A stretch of 64,000 bases of DNA from positions 4,214-68,213 of the forward strand of contig JBGTKD010000173.1 in the NCBI GenBank assembly GCA_041744795.1, in the 5' to 3' direction. Within the stretch, counting starts at the first letter, position 1. Each line of letters begins with the position of its first letter. The DNA is from Acidimicrobiia bacterium. GTDB taxonomy: Bacteria > Actinomycetota > Acidimicrobiia > Spongiisociales > ZC4RG35. The translations under genes were made by a program, and so were the position numbers. The notes under the pieces are model-generated. The model saw nothing but the letters and a program-made list of their open reading frames with translations, was not told where the DNA came from and ran no database searches. Below are positions 20,638 through 30,306 of the stretch, in pieces.

Positions 20638-21897
20638 TCAGCGCCTACTGACGGACCGGTCGAAGTCTCCCCGTCGTTCCAGTAGCCGACGCAACACGGC
20701 AACCACCTCGGGGTCGAAGTCGTAGACCGAGCCGCGATGAAGTTTCTCCATCGACTCCAAGGGTGAGAACCCGAGCTCGCTCACGGATTCGTCGTAGGCG
20801 CTGCACACCTTCACGATCTTGGCGGCGACCGGAACGTCCTCGTTGGACTCGACTCCTGGGTTTCGATAAGGCTCGTACTGTCTCAGAACCACTTCGCTCA
20901 CCTCGGCGAGATAGGAAGTCTCCCCCACGATCTCCGAACCCCACTTGGCGATGTCGTTATCCGTAAAACCCATCCTCAGCACACTCGGTTCGTTCAATGA
21001 GATACGACCGATGTCGTGGAGGAGCGCGGCGTATTCAACCGTGTCGACGTCCCTGGGTCGCAGGCCGAGTTCGGCTGCGACTCCTACGGCCAACTCAGCC
21101 GTGCGCGCCGCATGCCCGGGATCGGAGTGACCCGCCACTTCTGGAATCCGAGCAAGCGACCGCATTGTCTGGGAATAGGTCTGTCGAGCATCCACATAAC
21201 GCCGAAACGCGCCGTGGGCGAAGGCATACGGCAGTGCAGCCACTGCTAGCGCCCACCACTCAATTACCTCGAACGCAATGCCGAATAGCGCCCCGGAAGC
21301 CACCAGCGACAGGTACACGCTGAGGTCCCGGGCCGTGTCAAGGGCGACATACAGCCGGGGTCCCGCGCCAGCCGTGCCTGATCTCAGAACGGCGCTCGTC
21401 AGAATCTCCGCGCCAAAACCTGCTCCCGCCGCGGCAACGAAGAATAACGCCACCCGCCATTCGGGTAGGAAGGCTGCGTCGACCCTCTGGCTTACAAACG
21501 CGAACGCACCGATATAGGCCGAATAAGACAGTGTCCGCTTAAGGAGGCCGGCTAACACAACCCTCTGATCGTCACCCTGGGCCGCCTGGAGAATCCAATA
21601 GAGGGCCACACCGATGGCGAGAACTACAACCGACTCGCGAGGGGATAGGACACCTGGGGAGTCCTCGGTTGAGATGAAGGGAAGCGCGGCAACGACCAGG
21701 TACCCCGCAGTGAACCTGCTTCGCCCTGCAGACGGCACCTTGATCTGCGAGGCAAGCATGAAAGCGACCGAAGCACCGATTATCCAGGTCAGGTCGTCGC
21801 CGGTCTGATAGAGAACGTACGCGACCCCGGCAGCCGCGATGGGAAGGGTGGCGGAAAGAATCCACACCCAGCGGGCAATGTTGTGCCATTCACCCAT
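20638..21897 (-). CDS. 7TM receptor-type HD-GYP domain phosphohydrolase (7TMR-HD family)
   Basis: About 230 aa of TM helices, then an HD domain (HSDPGHAARTAELAV, LLHDIGRI). It overlaps the upstream paralog by 8 bp. Confidence 0.8.
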   Translation of the reverse strand: MGEWHNIARWVWILSATLPIAAAGVAYVLYQTGDDLTWIIGASVAFMLASQIKVPSAGRSRFTAGYLVVAALPFISTEDSPGVLSPRESVVVLAIGVALYWILQAAQGDDQRVVLAGLLKRTLSYSAYIGAFAFVSQRVDAAFLPEWRVALFFVAAAGAGFGAEILTSAVLRSGTAGAGPRLYVALDTARDLSVYLSLVASGALFGIAFEVIEWWALAVAALPYAFAHGAFRRYVDARQTYSQTMRSLARIPEVAGHSDPGHAARTAELAVGVAAELGLRPRDVDTVEYAALLHDIGRISLNEPSVLRMGFTDNDIAKWGSEIVGETSYLAEVSEVVLRQYEPYRNPGVESNEDVPVAAKIVKVCSAYDESVSELGFSPLESMEKLHRGSVYDFDPEVVAVLRRLLERRGDFDRSVSRR

Positions 21898-23284
21898 GGC
21901 GCACCGACTCGGTGTCGAGTGCCGGTGTCGTCAACTGCGGAGGACCATAAGTCTCACCGACACTGCTCAGCGCCCGCTCCAGCACCCCCAGCACATCGGA
22001 ATCGTATAGAGGACTCGGGTCAGCAAAAAGCGAGTCGAGGGCAGCACGCTGGCTCATCGCCATCCGGTAGCCGCGGACGCTAGTCATGGCGTCGAATGCA
22101 TCTGCGACTGCAAGCACCTTCTGTTCCAGCGTCGGCTTCGTCGTGTGGTGATGGCCGATCTGACCGAAGTCCTCGTTTCCGAGTCGAGGGTGGCTGCCCG
22201 AGCACACTTCGACCATCGGTCGCAGGAAGTCGACCTCTGACAGCAGGTCGTCGACTTTGTGAGTGGCTGCACGAAGCCTTCGATACTCATCATCGGTCAG
22301 CTTGCCTTGCTTCTGCATCAACTCGATCGGGATGGCCAGTTTGCCCATGTCATGGATAAGCGAAGCCCAGCGCATGTGCTCCAGCTGAGTTCCCGAGAAT
22401 CCCAGTTCCTGGCCGATCAACTGCGAGAAATAGGCGACACGCTCCGTATGTCCGCGGGTGTAGAGGTCTCGCGTCTCCAAGGTCTTGACGAAACCCCGGA
22501 GAGTGGACTCATGCGCCACACGGAGCACCGAATACGAGGTGAACACCGTCTGGCCCGTCACATACACCAAGAGGATCAGGGGCAACAGCGACCTGTTGCC
22601 AAGGTTCTGTTCTGAGAATGCAAGTACAGCACCGAGGAGTCCGCCGACCAGCCCCATCGCCATCTGGCTAACGAATAGCACCCCCGTACCCGACCAGGGA
22701 AGAAGGTTGCGGGCACCGTATGCGAACCGCACGCTGAGCCGTACGAGGCTGAGGTTCGTAATTGTGTAAGTCGCCGCGATCAGCCCACCCACGACGGCAA
22801 CGATTGCAAAAGTCGCCGCCGTGAATCCACCGCCCTGACCAGGATCGACCAAGAGGTCACCGACGGAGCCCGCAACCAAAGCGGAGATGATCAGCACTCC
22901 AAAGTTTCCTGCAGGCTGGAAGATCCGCTTGCGTCGAAAGTCCTCTATGTCAAAGGGTCCGGCAGCGGCAATCAGCACCAGCAGTGGCGTGGCGTTGTAT
23001 CCGCTAGCCAAGAAGTACATGCTGGCCGAGGCGATGACCATCGCGCTGGAGTTCGCGAACATCCTGTCGTTCACCTCAGCCGACCTGAACGAGAGGGCAG
23101 CGTAAGCGGCTGCAAAAAGACCGAGAATCGCCCAGTCCGATGTTCCAAGACGGACGCTCAGGTTTGCATAGGGCCACGAGCTATCCGGGGCTGCCAGAGT
23201 AAGCCAGAGAGCCCAAGCGACCAGGCCGACGCCCACTGAAGTAGAGACAGCCCCGAGGATGGTCTTCTTGTGGCGGTTTTCCAT
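21890..23284 (-). CDS. 7TM receptor-type HD-GYP domain phosphohydrolase (paralog, full HD-GYP with GYR motif)
   Basis: About 270 aa of TM helices. The HD domain shows HTERVAYFSQLIGQELG, LIHDMGKLAIP and DAFDAMTSVRGYR (GYP-type). Confidence 0.8.
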   Translation of the reverse strand: MENRHKKTILGAVSTSVGVGLVAWALWLTLAAPDSSWPYANLSVRLGTSDWAILGLFAAAYAALSFRSAEVNDRMFANSSAMVIASASMYFLASGYNATPLLVLIAAAGPFDIEDFRRKRIFQPAGNFGVLIISALVAGSVGDLLVDPGQGGGFTAATFAIVAVVGGLIAATYTITNLSLVRLSVRFAYGARNLLPWSGTGVLFVSQMAMGLVGGLLGAVLAFSEQNLGNRSLLPLILLVYVTGQTVFTSYSVLRVAHESTLRGFVKTLETRDLYTRGHTERVAYFSQLIGQELGFSGTQLEHMRWASLIHDMGKLAIPIELMQKQGKLTDDEYRRLRAATHKVDDLLSEVDFLRPMVEVCSGSHPRLGNEDFGQIGHHHTTKPTLEQKVLAVADAFDAMTSVRGYRMAMSQRAALDSLFADPSPLYDSDVLGVLERALSSVGETYGPPQLTTPALDTESVRHG

Positions 23285-23577
23285 GCGCTCGACAGTCTCC
23301 CAGATCGAAAGTTGGGGAGAGGGCCCAGCGTCAGATCAACCGATCTTGAAGGAAGCCGAGCCAGCCACTATTAGCGTGGCGAGGCTTCCTGCCGTAGCAA
23401 GAATCCGGAGTAAGCGTGCCTTCATCCGGTATCACCTCGTCGGTGAATTTGGACTCGCCGACACACCTGTCGACGCGTCGTTCCGCTCCGCTTCGGTGTA
23501 TTGAACGATGGAACGATCCGCCGCCGGGCTCTCCCCATATCCCCGGCTCGAACGCGGTGTGCGCACGACCCGGGAAA

Positions 23578-23613
23578 CCTCACTTGTCAATGTGAGGCCC
23601 CACCTGTACAGGT
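23578..23613. promoter_or_regulatory. Two adjacent palindromes (CCTCAC-TTGTCAAT-GTGAGG and the perfect 12-mer ACCTGTACAGGT) in a divergent promoter region
   Basis: Seen directly at 23578-23597 and 23602-23613, inside a 489-bp intergenic region of lower GC between divergent operons. Confidence 0.4.
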
Positions 23614-23773
23614 CCGCCCACCTCCCAACCGGGTCAGCGTCCCGGTTCCGCCAGTCCCCCTGTGTGGGACCGACCGATATGCAATCTACCCGGCAACAAC
23701 GCAGATCCGCAACATTCCGCCATTATTAGGCATTCCCAGCCGCAAGGGGATTGAGGGCTACGCTCCAGTGATC

Positions 23774-24394
23774 ATGGATTTCAAAGCCCTCGAAGCCACA
23801 ATTGGACGAATCCCCGGGGTCGAGAACGTCAGGATCGTTCTCGAAGGCCAGAAGCCACGCGAGGTCCATGTGCTCGCTCTCCCGGGCAAACCCGCCAAGC
23901 AGGTTGTCAGAGATGTCCAGTCTGTCGCCATGGCCGCGTTCGACCTCGACATAGACCGGCGGATCATCTCGGTGGTCCAGATTGACGGCGGCGACCTCTC
24001 CGCCGGGGATCGGCCTGTGGTCGACGACGTCGCCGAGGAGATCGATGGTTCGCGCATGAACATCGCCGTCACGTTGCGCTGGCACGATGAGAAGCTGACT
24101 GGTTCGGCTCAAGGTCCTGCTGCGTCGACCACCCGAATGCGGCTTGTAGCCGAAGCAACTTTGGCGGCTCTCGAGCAGGCGCTTGACGAGAACGCAGCAT
24201 TCGCTGTGAGCGCCGAGGCAATCCACCGGGTCGGGGCCGAAGACGTGGCCATCGCCCAAATCGTTCTAGTTATCGGCGGGCGCGAACGGATGATGGTCGG
24301 ATCCGCCCTCGTCGGGTCCGACCCGAGCCAGGCAATGGTGCGGGCGGTCCTCGACGCCGTCAACCGACAGGTCCCTGCTCTCCGCCGTCCCTGA
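23774..24394 (+). CDS. Hypothetical protein (206 aa), apparently two similar ~90-aa alpha/beta modules; first gene of a putative operon with ggt
   Basis: ATG at 23774. The ORF-track 5' extension is Pro/Arg-rich and was rejected. It is acidic and is followed 26 bp later by ggt. I recognise no family. Confidence 0.45.
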   Translation: MDFKALEATIGRIPGVENVRIVLEGQKPREVHVLALPGKPAKQVVRDVQSVAMAAFDLDIDRRIISVVQIDGGDLSAGDRPVVDDVAEEIDGSRMNIAVTLRWHDEKLTGSAQGPAASTTRMRLVAEATLAALEQALDENAAFAVSAEAIHRVGAEDVAIAQIVLVIGGRERMMVGSALVGSDPSQAMVRAVLDAVNRQVPALRRP

Positions 24395-24419
24395 TCCCCC
24401 AGCGGCCGGCCCTGCAACA

Positions 24420-25991
24420 ATGCGAGCCATGTTCGAAGTCCAGGGATTCGGCGGAGCAGTCGTATCCCCCCATTTCCTTTCGACACAGGCCGGGATCAGC
24501 GCTCTTGATCGGGGTGGATCAGCGTTAGACGCCGCTATCGCGGCCAATGCGGTGCAGGGTGTGGTGGCTCCAGAGACATGTGGCATCGGCGGTGACCTAT
24601 TCGCCCTGATTTATCACGAAGGCGAGGTGAGAGCTCTCAACGCGTCCGGTCGAGCCGGTTCGAAGGTTTCAGCCGCCGCACTGCGGGATGAGGGTCTTAC
24701 AAGCATCCCCCAACACCATCCCGCCGGCGTGACCATCCCCGGCTGTGTCGCCGGGTGGTTCGCCTTGGCAGATAGCTACGGCCGTTTGCCCGTCAGAGAG
24801 AACCTGAGCTGGGCCATTGATCTGGCCCGCGAGGGCTTTCCCGCCTCTTCCGAGTACAGCGCTGCCACCCATCGAATGGCGGAGTTCCTCCTCGGGAACG
24901 CCGACGGAGCTCAACTTCTCCCCGGCGGCAAGCCGGCTCTTCGGGGGGAGCGAGTCCGACGTCCGAACCTCGCAGCCTCTCTCGAACGGATCGCCGAGGA
25001 GGGCGCTACAGCCTTTTACACAGGGGCGATCGCGTCGAGCATCTGCGATGCGGTCGGCGGCCTGATCACACCTGAAGATGTGGCGTCTTACACCGCGGAC
25101 TGGGTGCGACCGATCTCGATGGAGGTGTTCGGTACAAGGGGCTGGACCATCCCGCCGAACAGCCAGGGTTACCTGACGCTCGCCACCCTCAAGATCTTCG
25201 AATCCTTGACATCGACCATGGATCCAGAAGACCCGCTTTGGACCCACCTTCTCGTCGAGTCCTACCGAGCGGTCGCTGCAGAACGGGACGACCTGGTGGC
25301 CGACCCGGCCCACGCCCCGATGGACCCGGACGAGCTCCTCGATACCGAACGCCTCATGACCCTCGCCAGCCGGGTATCCATGGATTCGGTGTCTGTCCAA
25401 ACAGGGCCCGCCAGCAAACCCCCCGGCACGATGTATCTGTGCACCGTCGACAAGGACGGCATGGGTGTCTCGCTCATCCAGTCCAATTTCCGGGGAATCG
25501 GATCGGGTATCGGATCAGGCAATAGCGGATTCGTCCTGCATGACCGAGGAGCGGGCTTCGATCTCCGAGCGGGTCATCCCAACGAGCTAGGTCCCGGTAA
25601 ACGGCCCCTCCACACACTCTCCCCCACTCTCTGGACTGAAAGCGACCGGTTGCGAGCGGTCCTGGGAACCCGAGGCGGACACCAACAACCCCAGTTCGTC
25701 TCTCAGATGGCAGCACTCTTGTTCGGAGCCGGTCGCTCCCCCGGCCAGGCCCAGGCTTCTCCTCGGTGGAACATCTCTTGGCCGGCCTCGGAGGAGACAA
25801 TTCTCGACGTGGAGTCGACGACCTCCAGTGCCGTTATCGACGGCCTCACTCGACGTGGCCACGACGTGAGGGTGCAAGGGCCCCTGATGTCCGGATGGGG
25901 GCCTGTATCGGTGATCGATGTGGACGAGCGCGGGTTGCGTACAGGGTCGCCCGATCCCCGGGTTGACACGACATCGGGTGCTGTGGGCTGA
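24420..25991 (+). CDS. ggt: Gamma-glutamyltranspeptidase family protein
   Basis: The GGT N-terminal blocks and the autoprocessing nucleophile context TMYLCTVDKDG are present. Confidence 0.85.
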   Translation: MRAMFEVQGFGGAVVSPHFLSTQAGISALDRGGSALDAAIAANAVQGVVAPETCGIGGDLFALIYHEGEVRALNASGRAGSKVSAAALRDEGLTSIPQHHPAGVTIPGCVAGWFALADSYGRLPVRENLSWAIDLAREGFPASSEYSAATHRMAEFLLGNADGAQLLPGGKPALRGERVRRPNLAASLERIAEEGATAFYTGAIASSICDAVGGLITPEDVASYTADWVRPISMEVFGTRGWTIPPNSQGYLTLATLKIFESLTSTMDPEDPLWTHLLVESYRAVAAERDDLVADPAHAPMDPDELLDTERLMTLASRVSMDSVSVQTGPASKPPGTMYLCTVDKDGMGVSLIQSNFRGIGSGIGSGNSGFVLHDRGAGFDLRAGHPNELGPGKRPLHTLSPTLWTESDRLRAVLGTRGGHQQPQFVSQMAALLFGAGRSPGQAQASPRWNISWPASEETILDVESTTSSAVIDGLTRRGHDVRVQGPLMSGWGPVSVIDVDERGLRTGSPDPRVDTTSGAVG

Positions 25992-26638
25992 TGGGACGCC
26001 TGGTTCTGGTTCGTCACGGCCAAGCAGAAGGCAACCGAGAGCACCGCTTTATCGGTCAGACGGATGTCCCGCTCACCGACCTCGGACGAAAACAGGCCGC
26101 GGCGGTCGGGCTAAGGCTGCGTTCGGCACAGATAGACAGGGTGGTATCCAGTGACCTGTCCCGCGCAACCGACACAGCCGCCGCCATCGCCGGGGCGACT
26201 GGCCTGACCGTAGAGATCGAACATCGGATCCGGGAGATCCACAACGGTGAGTGGGCGGGCCTCACCCCGGATGAGATCGCGGAAGGTTGGCCGGACCTTT
26301 GGTCCCGCTATCGCGGTGGGGAAGACGTGCCGCGCCCGAACGGGGAGCGATGGTCGGACGTCCGTGTCCGTTCGGTCGACATTTTCAAGAGCCTCTTGGC
26401 TTCCGATGCAGTCACAGTCGTCGTTTCGCACGGGGGCCCGATCATCGTCGGAGCTCTCTGGGCGTCGGGTCTTGTCATCGACGGAAACGTCTTCCGCGGG
26501 CCTCTAGGCGCCGTCCAGAACACGTCCATCACAGTGATTGACCCCGGTCCGAAGCTGACTGCGTTCAACGACGTCGGTCACCTGGAGGCCTTCGCCGGTT
26601 TCGAGGTGCCGGACGCTCCCGTATTGACTATCGGGTAG
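25991..26638 (+). CDS. Histidine phosphatase (phosphoglycerate-mutase-like) family protein
   Basis: The N-terminal LVRHGQAEGN motif (RHG) is present, and SHGGPI lies downstream. It overlaps the ggt stop by 1 nt. Confidence 0.85.
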   Translation: MGRLVLVRHGQAEGNREHRFIGQTDVPLTDLGRKQAAAVGLRLRSAQIDRVVSSDLSRATDTAAAIAGATGLTVEIEHRIREIHNGEWAGLTPDEIAEGWPDLWSRYRGGEDVPRPNGERWSDVRVRSVDIFKSLLASDAVTVVVSHGGPIIVGALWASGLVIDGNVFRGPLGAVQNTSITVIDPGPKLTAFNDVGHLEAFAGFEVPDAPVLTIG

Positions 26639-27644
26639 CGGTCACGATCGACGCGAGGGCTTCATCGGGCAGAGTCGGCGAACCATCCAAGGTGTAGTAG
26701 CCGATACGAGCGACCCGCCCCTCGTATCGATCCTTGATGGCCTGACCCAGTCGATCGGGCTCCGCGACGACACCGACCTCGGCCACGACCTCGTCGGGAA
26801 TCACAGCAGCCATCGCCTGCCACTCGCCGCGACGACTCATGCGGTTCAGTTCCTCACCGAAGTCCCAGCCGTGGGTGTCAAGAACTACTCGGTAGCTGGG
26901 AGTCGACGCATAGAAGGCCATCTGCTGCTTGGCCGCCAACATCGAGTCCGACATCTCTTTCTCGTCTCGGCCGGTGACCACGAAGACAGTCGAGATCAGC
27001 TCGACATCGGAGGCGTCGCGGCCGTACTCAGTCGCTCCCGCAGAGATGTTGGCGATCACCACTTCGTCCAGGTACTTGACGGTGTGAAAGGGATGAACGT
27101 GAAAAGCCTGGCAGCGCTCTCCCGCCAGTCGCGATAACTGCGGGCCGACCCCCGCAATGGCGATCGGCACGTCCGGATGCTCAATTGGACCAGGATTGAA
27201 GAAGGGAGTCATCAAGGTGAATCGATACTCCTCGCTCTCGAACCGCAGGCTCTCGCCAGTTTGGAACGAGGTCCAAATGGCGCGAAGCGCGTCGACGTAA
27301 TCGCGCAACCGCCCAGTGGCAGTGGTCCAAGGAACGGCAAACCGGCGGACGATGTGAGGCTTGACCTGAGTCCCGAGACCGAGGATGAAGCGGCCCTCGG
27401 ACATCGCGGCCAGATCCCAGGCCACCTGGGCGGTGATCATCGGCGAGCGAGGGAAGGCGACAGCGATCGCAGTCCCCAACGTTAGGCTCGGTTCGGTTTG
27501 GGCAGCGAGAGCCAACGGGATGAAGGGGTCGTGAGAAGTCTCAGCGGTAAAGAGCCCGTCGAACCCGATCTGGACTGCTCGCGAGGCCTCCGAGGGCACG
27601 TCTCTGAGCGGTGTTGCCGGCGGCAGGTAGTAATCGACTTGCAC
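26628..27644 (-). CDS. LLM-class (luciferase-like) F420-dependent oxidoreductase
   Basis: The probable GTG start at 27644 has an upstream GAGAGG. LLM TIM-barrel blocks are GFDGLFTAETSHDPF and RFILGLGTQ. Confidence 0.7.
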   Translation of the reverse strand: MQVDYYLPPATPLRDVPSEASRAVQIGFDGLFTAETSHDPFIPLALAAQTEPSLTLGTAIAVAFPRSPMITAQVAWDLAAMSEGRFILGLGTQVKPHIVRRFAVPWTTATGRLRDYVDALRAIWTSFQTGESLRFESEEYRFTLMTPFFNPGPIEHPDVPIAIAGVGPQLSRLAGERCQAFHVHPFHTVKYLDEVVIANISAGATEYGRDASDVELISTVFVVTGRDEKEMSDSMLAAKQQMAFYASTPSYRVVLDTHGWDFGEELNRMSRRGEWQAMAAVIPDEVVAEVGVVAEPDRLGQAIKDRYEGRVARIGYYTLDGSPTLPDEALASIVTATR

Positions 27645-27751
27645 TGCGGTCCTCTCTGTTGAGGTCGGGAACCTACACGACGACGACCACCGAGTAGATG
27701 GACAGCCTGTAAGGACCAAAGTGTGAGACCAGCCGTCGCTACGATGCCGGT

Positions 27752-28084
27752 GTGAACAAGATCGGAAAAGCTCTCGGCTTCATCGGCGGCGCCCTGGCCA
27801 TCCTGTGGGCAATGCGAGATCGACTTGTGTCGATCGCCGCTCCCCACGATCCAGAACCTCCCCGTTTCCGAGTGGTCCCGCCGTCAGGAAGCAGCCAGAT
27901 CGCGATTGACGACCTCACCGAACTTCCCGGTGTCGGCCCGGTATTCGCCGGTCGGCTACGCGATGGCGGCGTCTCCACCTTCGCAGACGTTGCATCTTCG
28001 AGCACGAGCCGTCTGGCTGAGATAACCGGCGCATCCGAGGCGAGGGTTACCGAATGGGTGACCCATGCCGCTACCAAAGCCTGA
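27752..28084 (+). CDS. Small membrane-anchored helix-hairpin-helix protein
   Basis: One N-terminal TM helix, then ELPGVGPVFAGRL, an HhH-type GhG motif. Confidence 0.45.
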   Translation: MNKIGKALGFIGGALAILWAMRDRLVSIAAPHDPEPPRFRVVPPSGSSQIAIDDLTELPGVGPVFAGRLRDGGVSTFADVASSSTSRLAEITGASEARVTEWVTHAATKA

Positions 28085-28103
28085 CACCTCAGACCAACCC
28101 GGC

Positions 28104-29159
28104 TTACGCCGGCGAGACGTGCAGGCGGTTGCGACGAGGAGCATCTAACGCCCGGAGCTGCCCACACGCCCCGTCGATATCCGCTCCGCGGGTATTGCGC
28201 ACTGTGACGTTGACTCCTGCGGACTTCAGCAGGTCTGCGAACTCGCCGATCCGATCTGAGGGGGAAGGGCGCATCGGTGACAGTGGTGTTGCGTTGAGGG
28301 CGATCAAGTTGACATGAGCTTGAAGGCGGTTTGCGAGAGCGGCCAACTTCGACGCTTGGTCTTCGGTGTCGTTGACGCCATCAATCATCGTCCACTCCAG
28401 CGAGACCCGTCTCCCCTTCTTTTCGAAATACTCGGCAGCTGCAGCCTCGACCTCCGCAAGCGGATAGCGCCTGTTGAGGGGGACGAGTTCGGAGCGGAGT
28501 TCGTCATCGGCGGCGTGGATACTGACCGCGAGATTGACCTGCCACGGCTCTGCCGTGAGCCGTCGCATGCCTGGGACCACGCCGACAGTTGAGACTGTGA
28601 TCGACCTGGCGCCAATGTTCATGACCTCGATCATCCTTCGAAGGGCTTCCCTGACCCGATCGAAGTTGGAGAGTGGCTCGCCCATTCCCATGAAAACGAT
28701 ATTGGTGAGTTCCGACGGCGATCCGGGGAGTCCATGGCTGGACAGGTAGGCCCGCGCATAGGCCACCTGGGCAACGATCTCGCCTGCGTCCAGGTTGCGC
28801 TCAAACCCGTACTGACCAGTGGCACAGAAGGTGCAAGCCAGCGCACAGCCCGCCTGGCTGGAGAGGCACAGCGTGTTCCGGTCCGAATATCCCATCAGCA
28901 CCGCTTCGATCCCCACCCCGTCGTGAGCGCGGAAGAGCCACTTCACAGTCCGCCCGCCATCCCCGGTCTGTTCGACATCGAGCGTGAACGGCCAAAGGCG
29001 ATCGGCGAACTCCTCACGAAGCGCCTGCGGGAGGTTCGTCATCTCCTCCGTAGTGAGTACCGGGTTGGTGTACAACCACTCGCGAAGCTGATCCGCGCGA
29101 AAGCCCGGCTCTTCAGAGAGGAGGTCAGCGAGCGAGTCGGGATCGGTGGTGTACAGCAC
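28104..29159 (-). CDS. rlmN: 23S rRNA m2A2503 methyltransferase RlmN (radical SAM)
   Basis: The radical SAM motif is CALACTFCATG. The RlmN-typical blocks GMGEPLSN and the C-terminal Cys region are present. Confidence 0.9.
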   Translation of the reverse strand: MLYTTDPDSLADLLSEEPGFRADQLREWLYTNPVLTTEEMTNLPQALREEFADRLWPFTLDVEQTGDGGRTVKWLFRAHDGVGIEAVLMGYSDRNTLCLSSQAGCALACTFCATGQYGFERNLDAGEIVAQVAYARAYLSSHGLPGSPSELTNIVFMGMGEPLSNFDRVREALRRMIEVMNIGARSITVSTVGVVPGMRRLTAEPWQVNLAVSIHAADDELRSELVPLNRRYPLAEVEAAAAEYFEKKGRRVSLEWTMIDGVNDTEDQASKLAALANRLQAHVNLIALNATPLSPMRPSPSDRIGEFADLLKSAGVNVTVRNTRGADIDGACGQLRALDAPRRNRLHVSPA

Positions 29160-29228
29160 CCGAAAGAGCTTACGGAGACTCTCCGGTTTTCATTAGTCGA
29201 GCGGATTATCCGATCCCACGAGACCCGG

Positions 29229-29525
29229 TCAACTCCGGGCGAATATTTCCAATTGAAGGCCGTCGGGGTCAAGGAACTCAATGATCGAGCCGAAGGCCAC
29301 AGGGCGGATCTCGGAGTGATCGATCGCCGGCGAGTCGAGACAAGCGATCCAATCGTCGAGGTCGGCGATAGACGACACGTGAAATGCGAGGTGATCGAGG
29401 CCCGAGCGAATCGGCGAGAACTCGGCGCCGTCGTTGGCCCAATTTTCCTGCAAGCCGATCGCGACCTCTCCGGGCATGACCATCGATTCACGCCCCGCGA
29501 ACACGACACCATCGAACGGCTCCAT
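29229..29525 (-). CDS. Short VOC (glyoxalase/bleomycin-resistance fold) protein, single module (~99 aa)
   Basis: There is one beta-alpha-beta-beta-beta module (GLDHLAFHV...IIEFLDPDGLQLEIF). A second module is absent, so it may be truncated. Confidence 0.4.
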   Translation of the reverse strand: MEPFDGVVFAGRESMVMPGEVAIGLQENWANDGAEFSPIRSGLDHLAFHVSSIADLDDWIACLDSPAIDHSEIRPVAFGSIIEFLDPDGLQLEIFARS

Positions 29526-29652
29526 CAAGACCACCAGACCGATAGAAGGACAGGCTCGCGTCGAGATCGCGCACCGACAGACTGATGTGGCTAACACCGC
29601 GTATCGCACTCATTCGGCGGACGCTACTCGCAGGCCCGATCCGACTGGCTGG

Positions 29653-30264
29653 CTATTGAGGACGTTCCAACCCGAAGATATCCCTGGTGCGGGTGTAGTT
29701 GGGTCCGCCCATTCGCCCGATCAGATCGAGTCCGGCCTGATCCACTCGCGTTCCCACCAGCAGGTCCTCACGAACGTGAAATGCTACGACCTCGCCGATG
29801 ACGACCGTTGCGTTCATCGGTGCCCGACCGACGGGAACCAGTTGGGTGACCCTGCATTCGAGGTTCGCCTTCGCCTCACCGACCATCGGTGCAGCCACGC
29901 AGGTACCCACAACGGCGGTCAGCCCGGCGAGCTCGAATTCGTCTATATCGGGCGGGTAACGGCCCGAAGTCAGATTCATGGCGTCCGCTAGGTCACCAGA
30001 CACCATGCTGACAGTGAACTCCCCTGTCGCCTCCACGTTGCGCAACGTGTCCTTGGACTTTTCGGAGTCAACCAGGGGCGAGAAAAGAACCGTCGGAGGC
30101 GTGGCGGCGACCGCATTGAAGAACGAAAACGGAGCGAGATTGTGGTTGCCGTCGACGTCGACTGTCCCGATCCAGCCGATTGGCCGGGGCACCACGAGTC
30201 CAATTAGAAGTTTGTAGGCGTCGATTGGCTCGACGGTCGAAGGATCGACGAAACGTTTGACCAC
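29653..30264 (-). CDS. Flavin reductase-like FMN-binding split-barrel protein
   Basis: The block LLIGLVVPRPIGWIGTVDVDGNHNLAPFSFFN is typical of the flavin reductase domain. Confidence 0.8.
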   Translation of the reverse strand: MVKRFVDPSTVEPIDAYKLLIGLVVPRPIGWIGTVDVDGNHNLAPFSFFNAVAATPPTVLFSPLVDSEKSKDTLRNVEATGEFTVSMVSGDLADAMNLTSGRYPPDIDEFELAGLTAVVGTCVAAPMVGEAKANLECRVTQLVPVGRAPMNATVVIGEVVAFHVREDLLVGTRVDQAGLDLIGRMGGPNYTRTRDIFGLERPQ

Positions 30265-30306
30265 ACTCGGAGGGTACAGAAGCTACCCGCGGTAGCCTCC
30301 TGAGTC

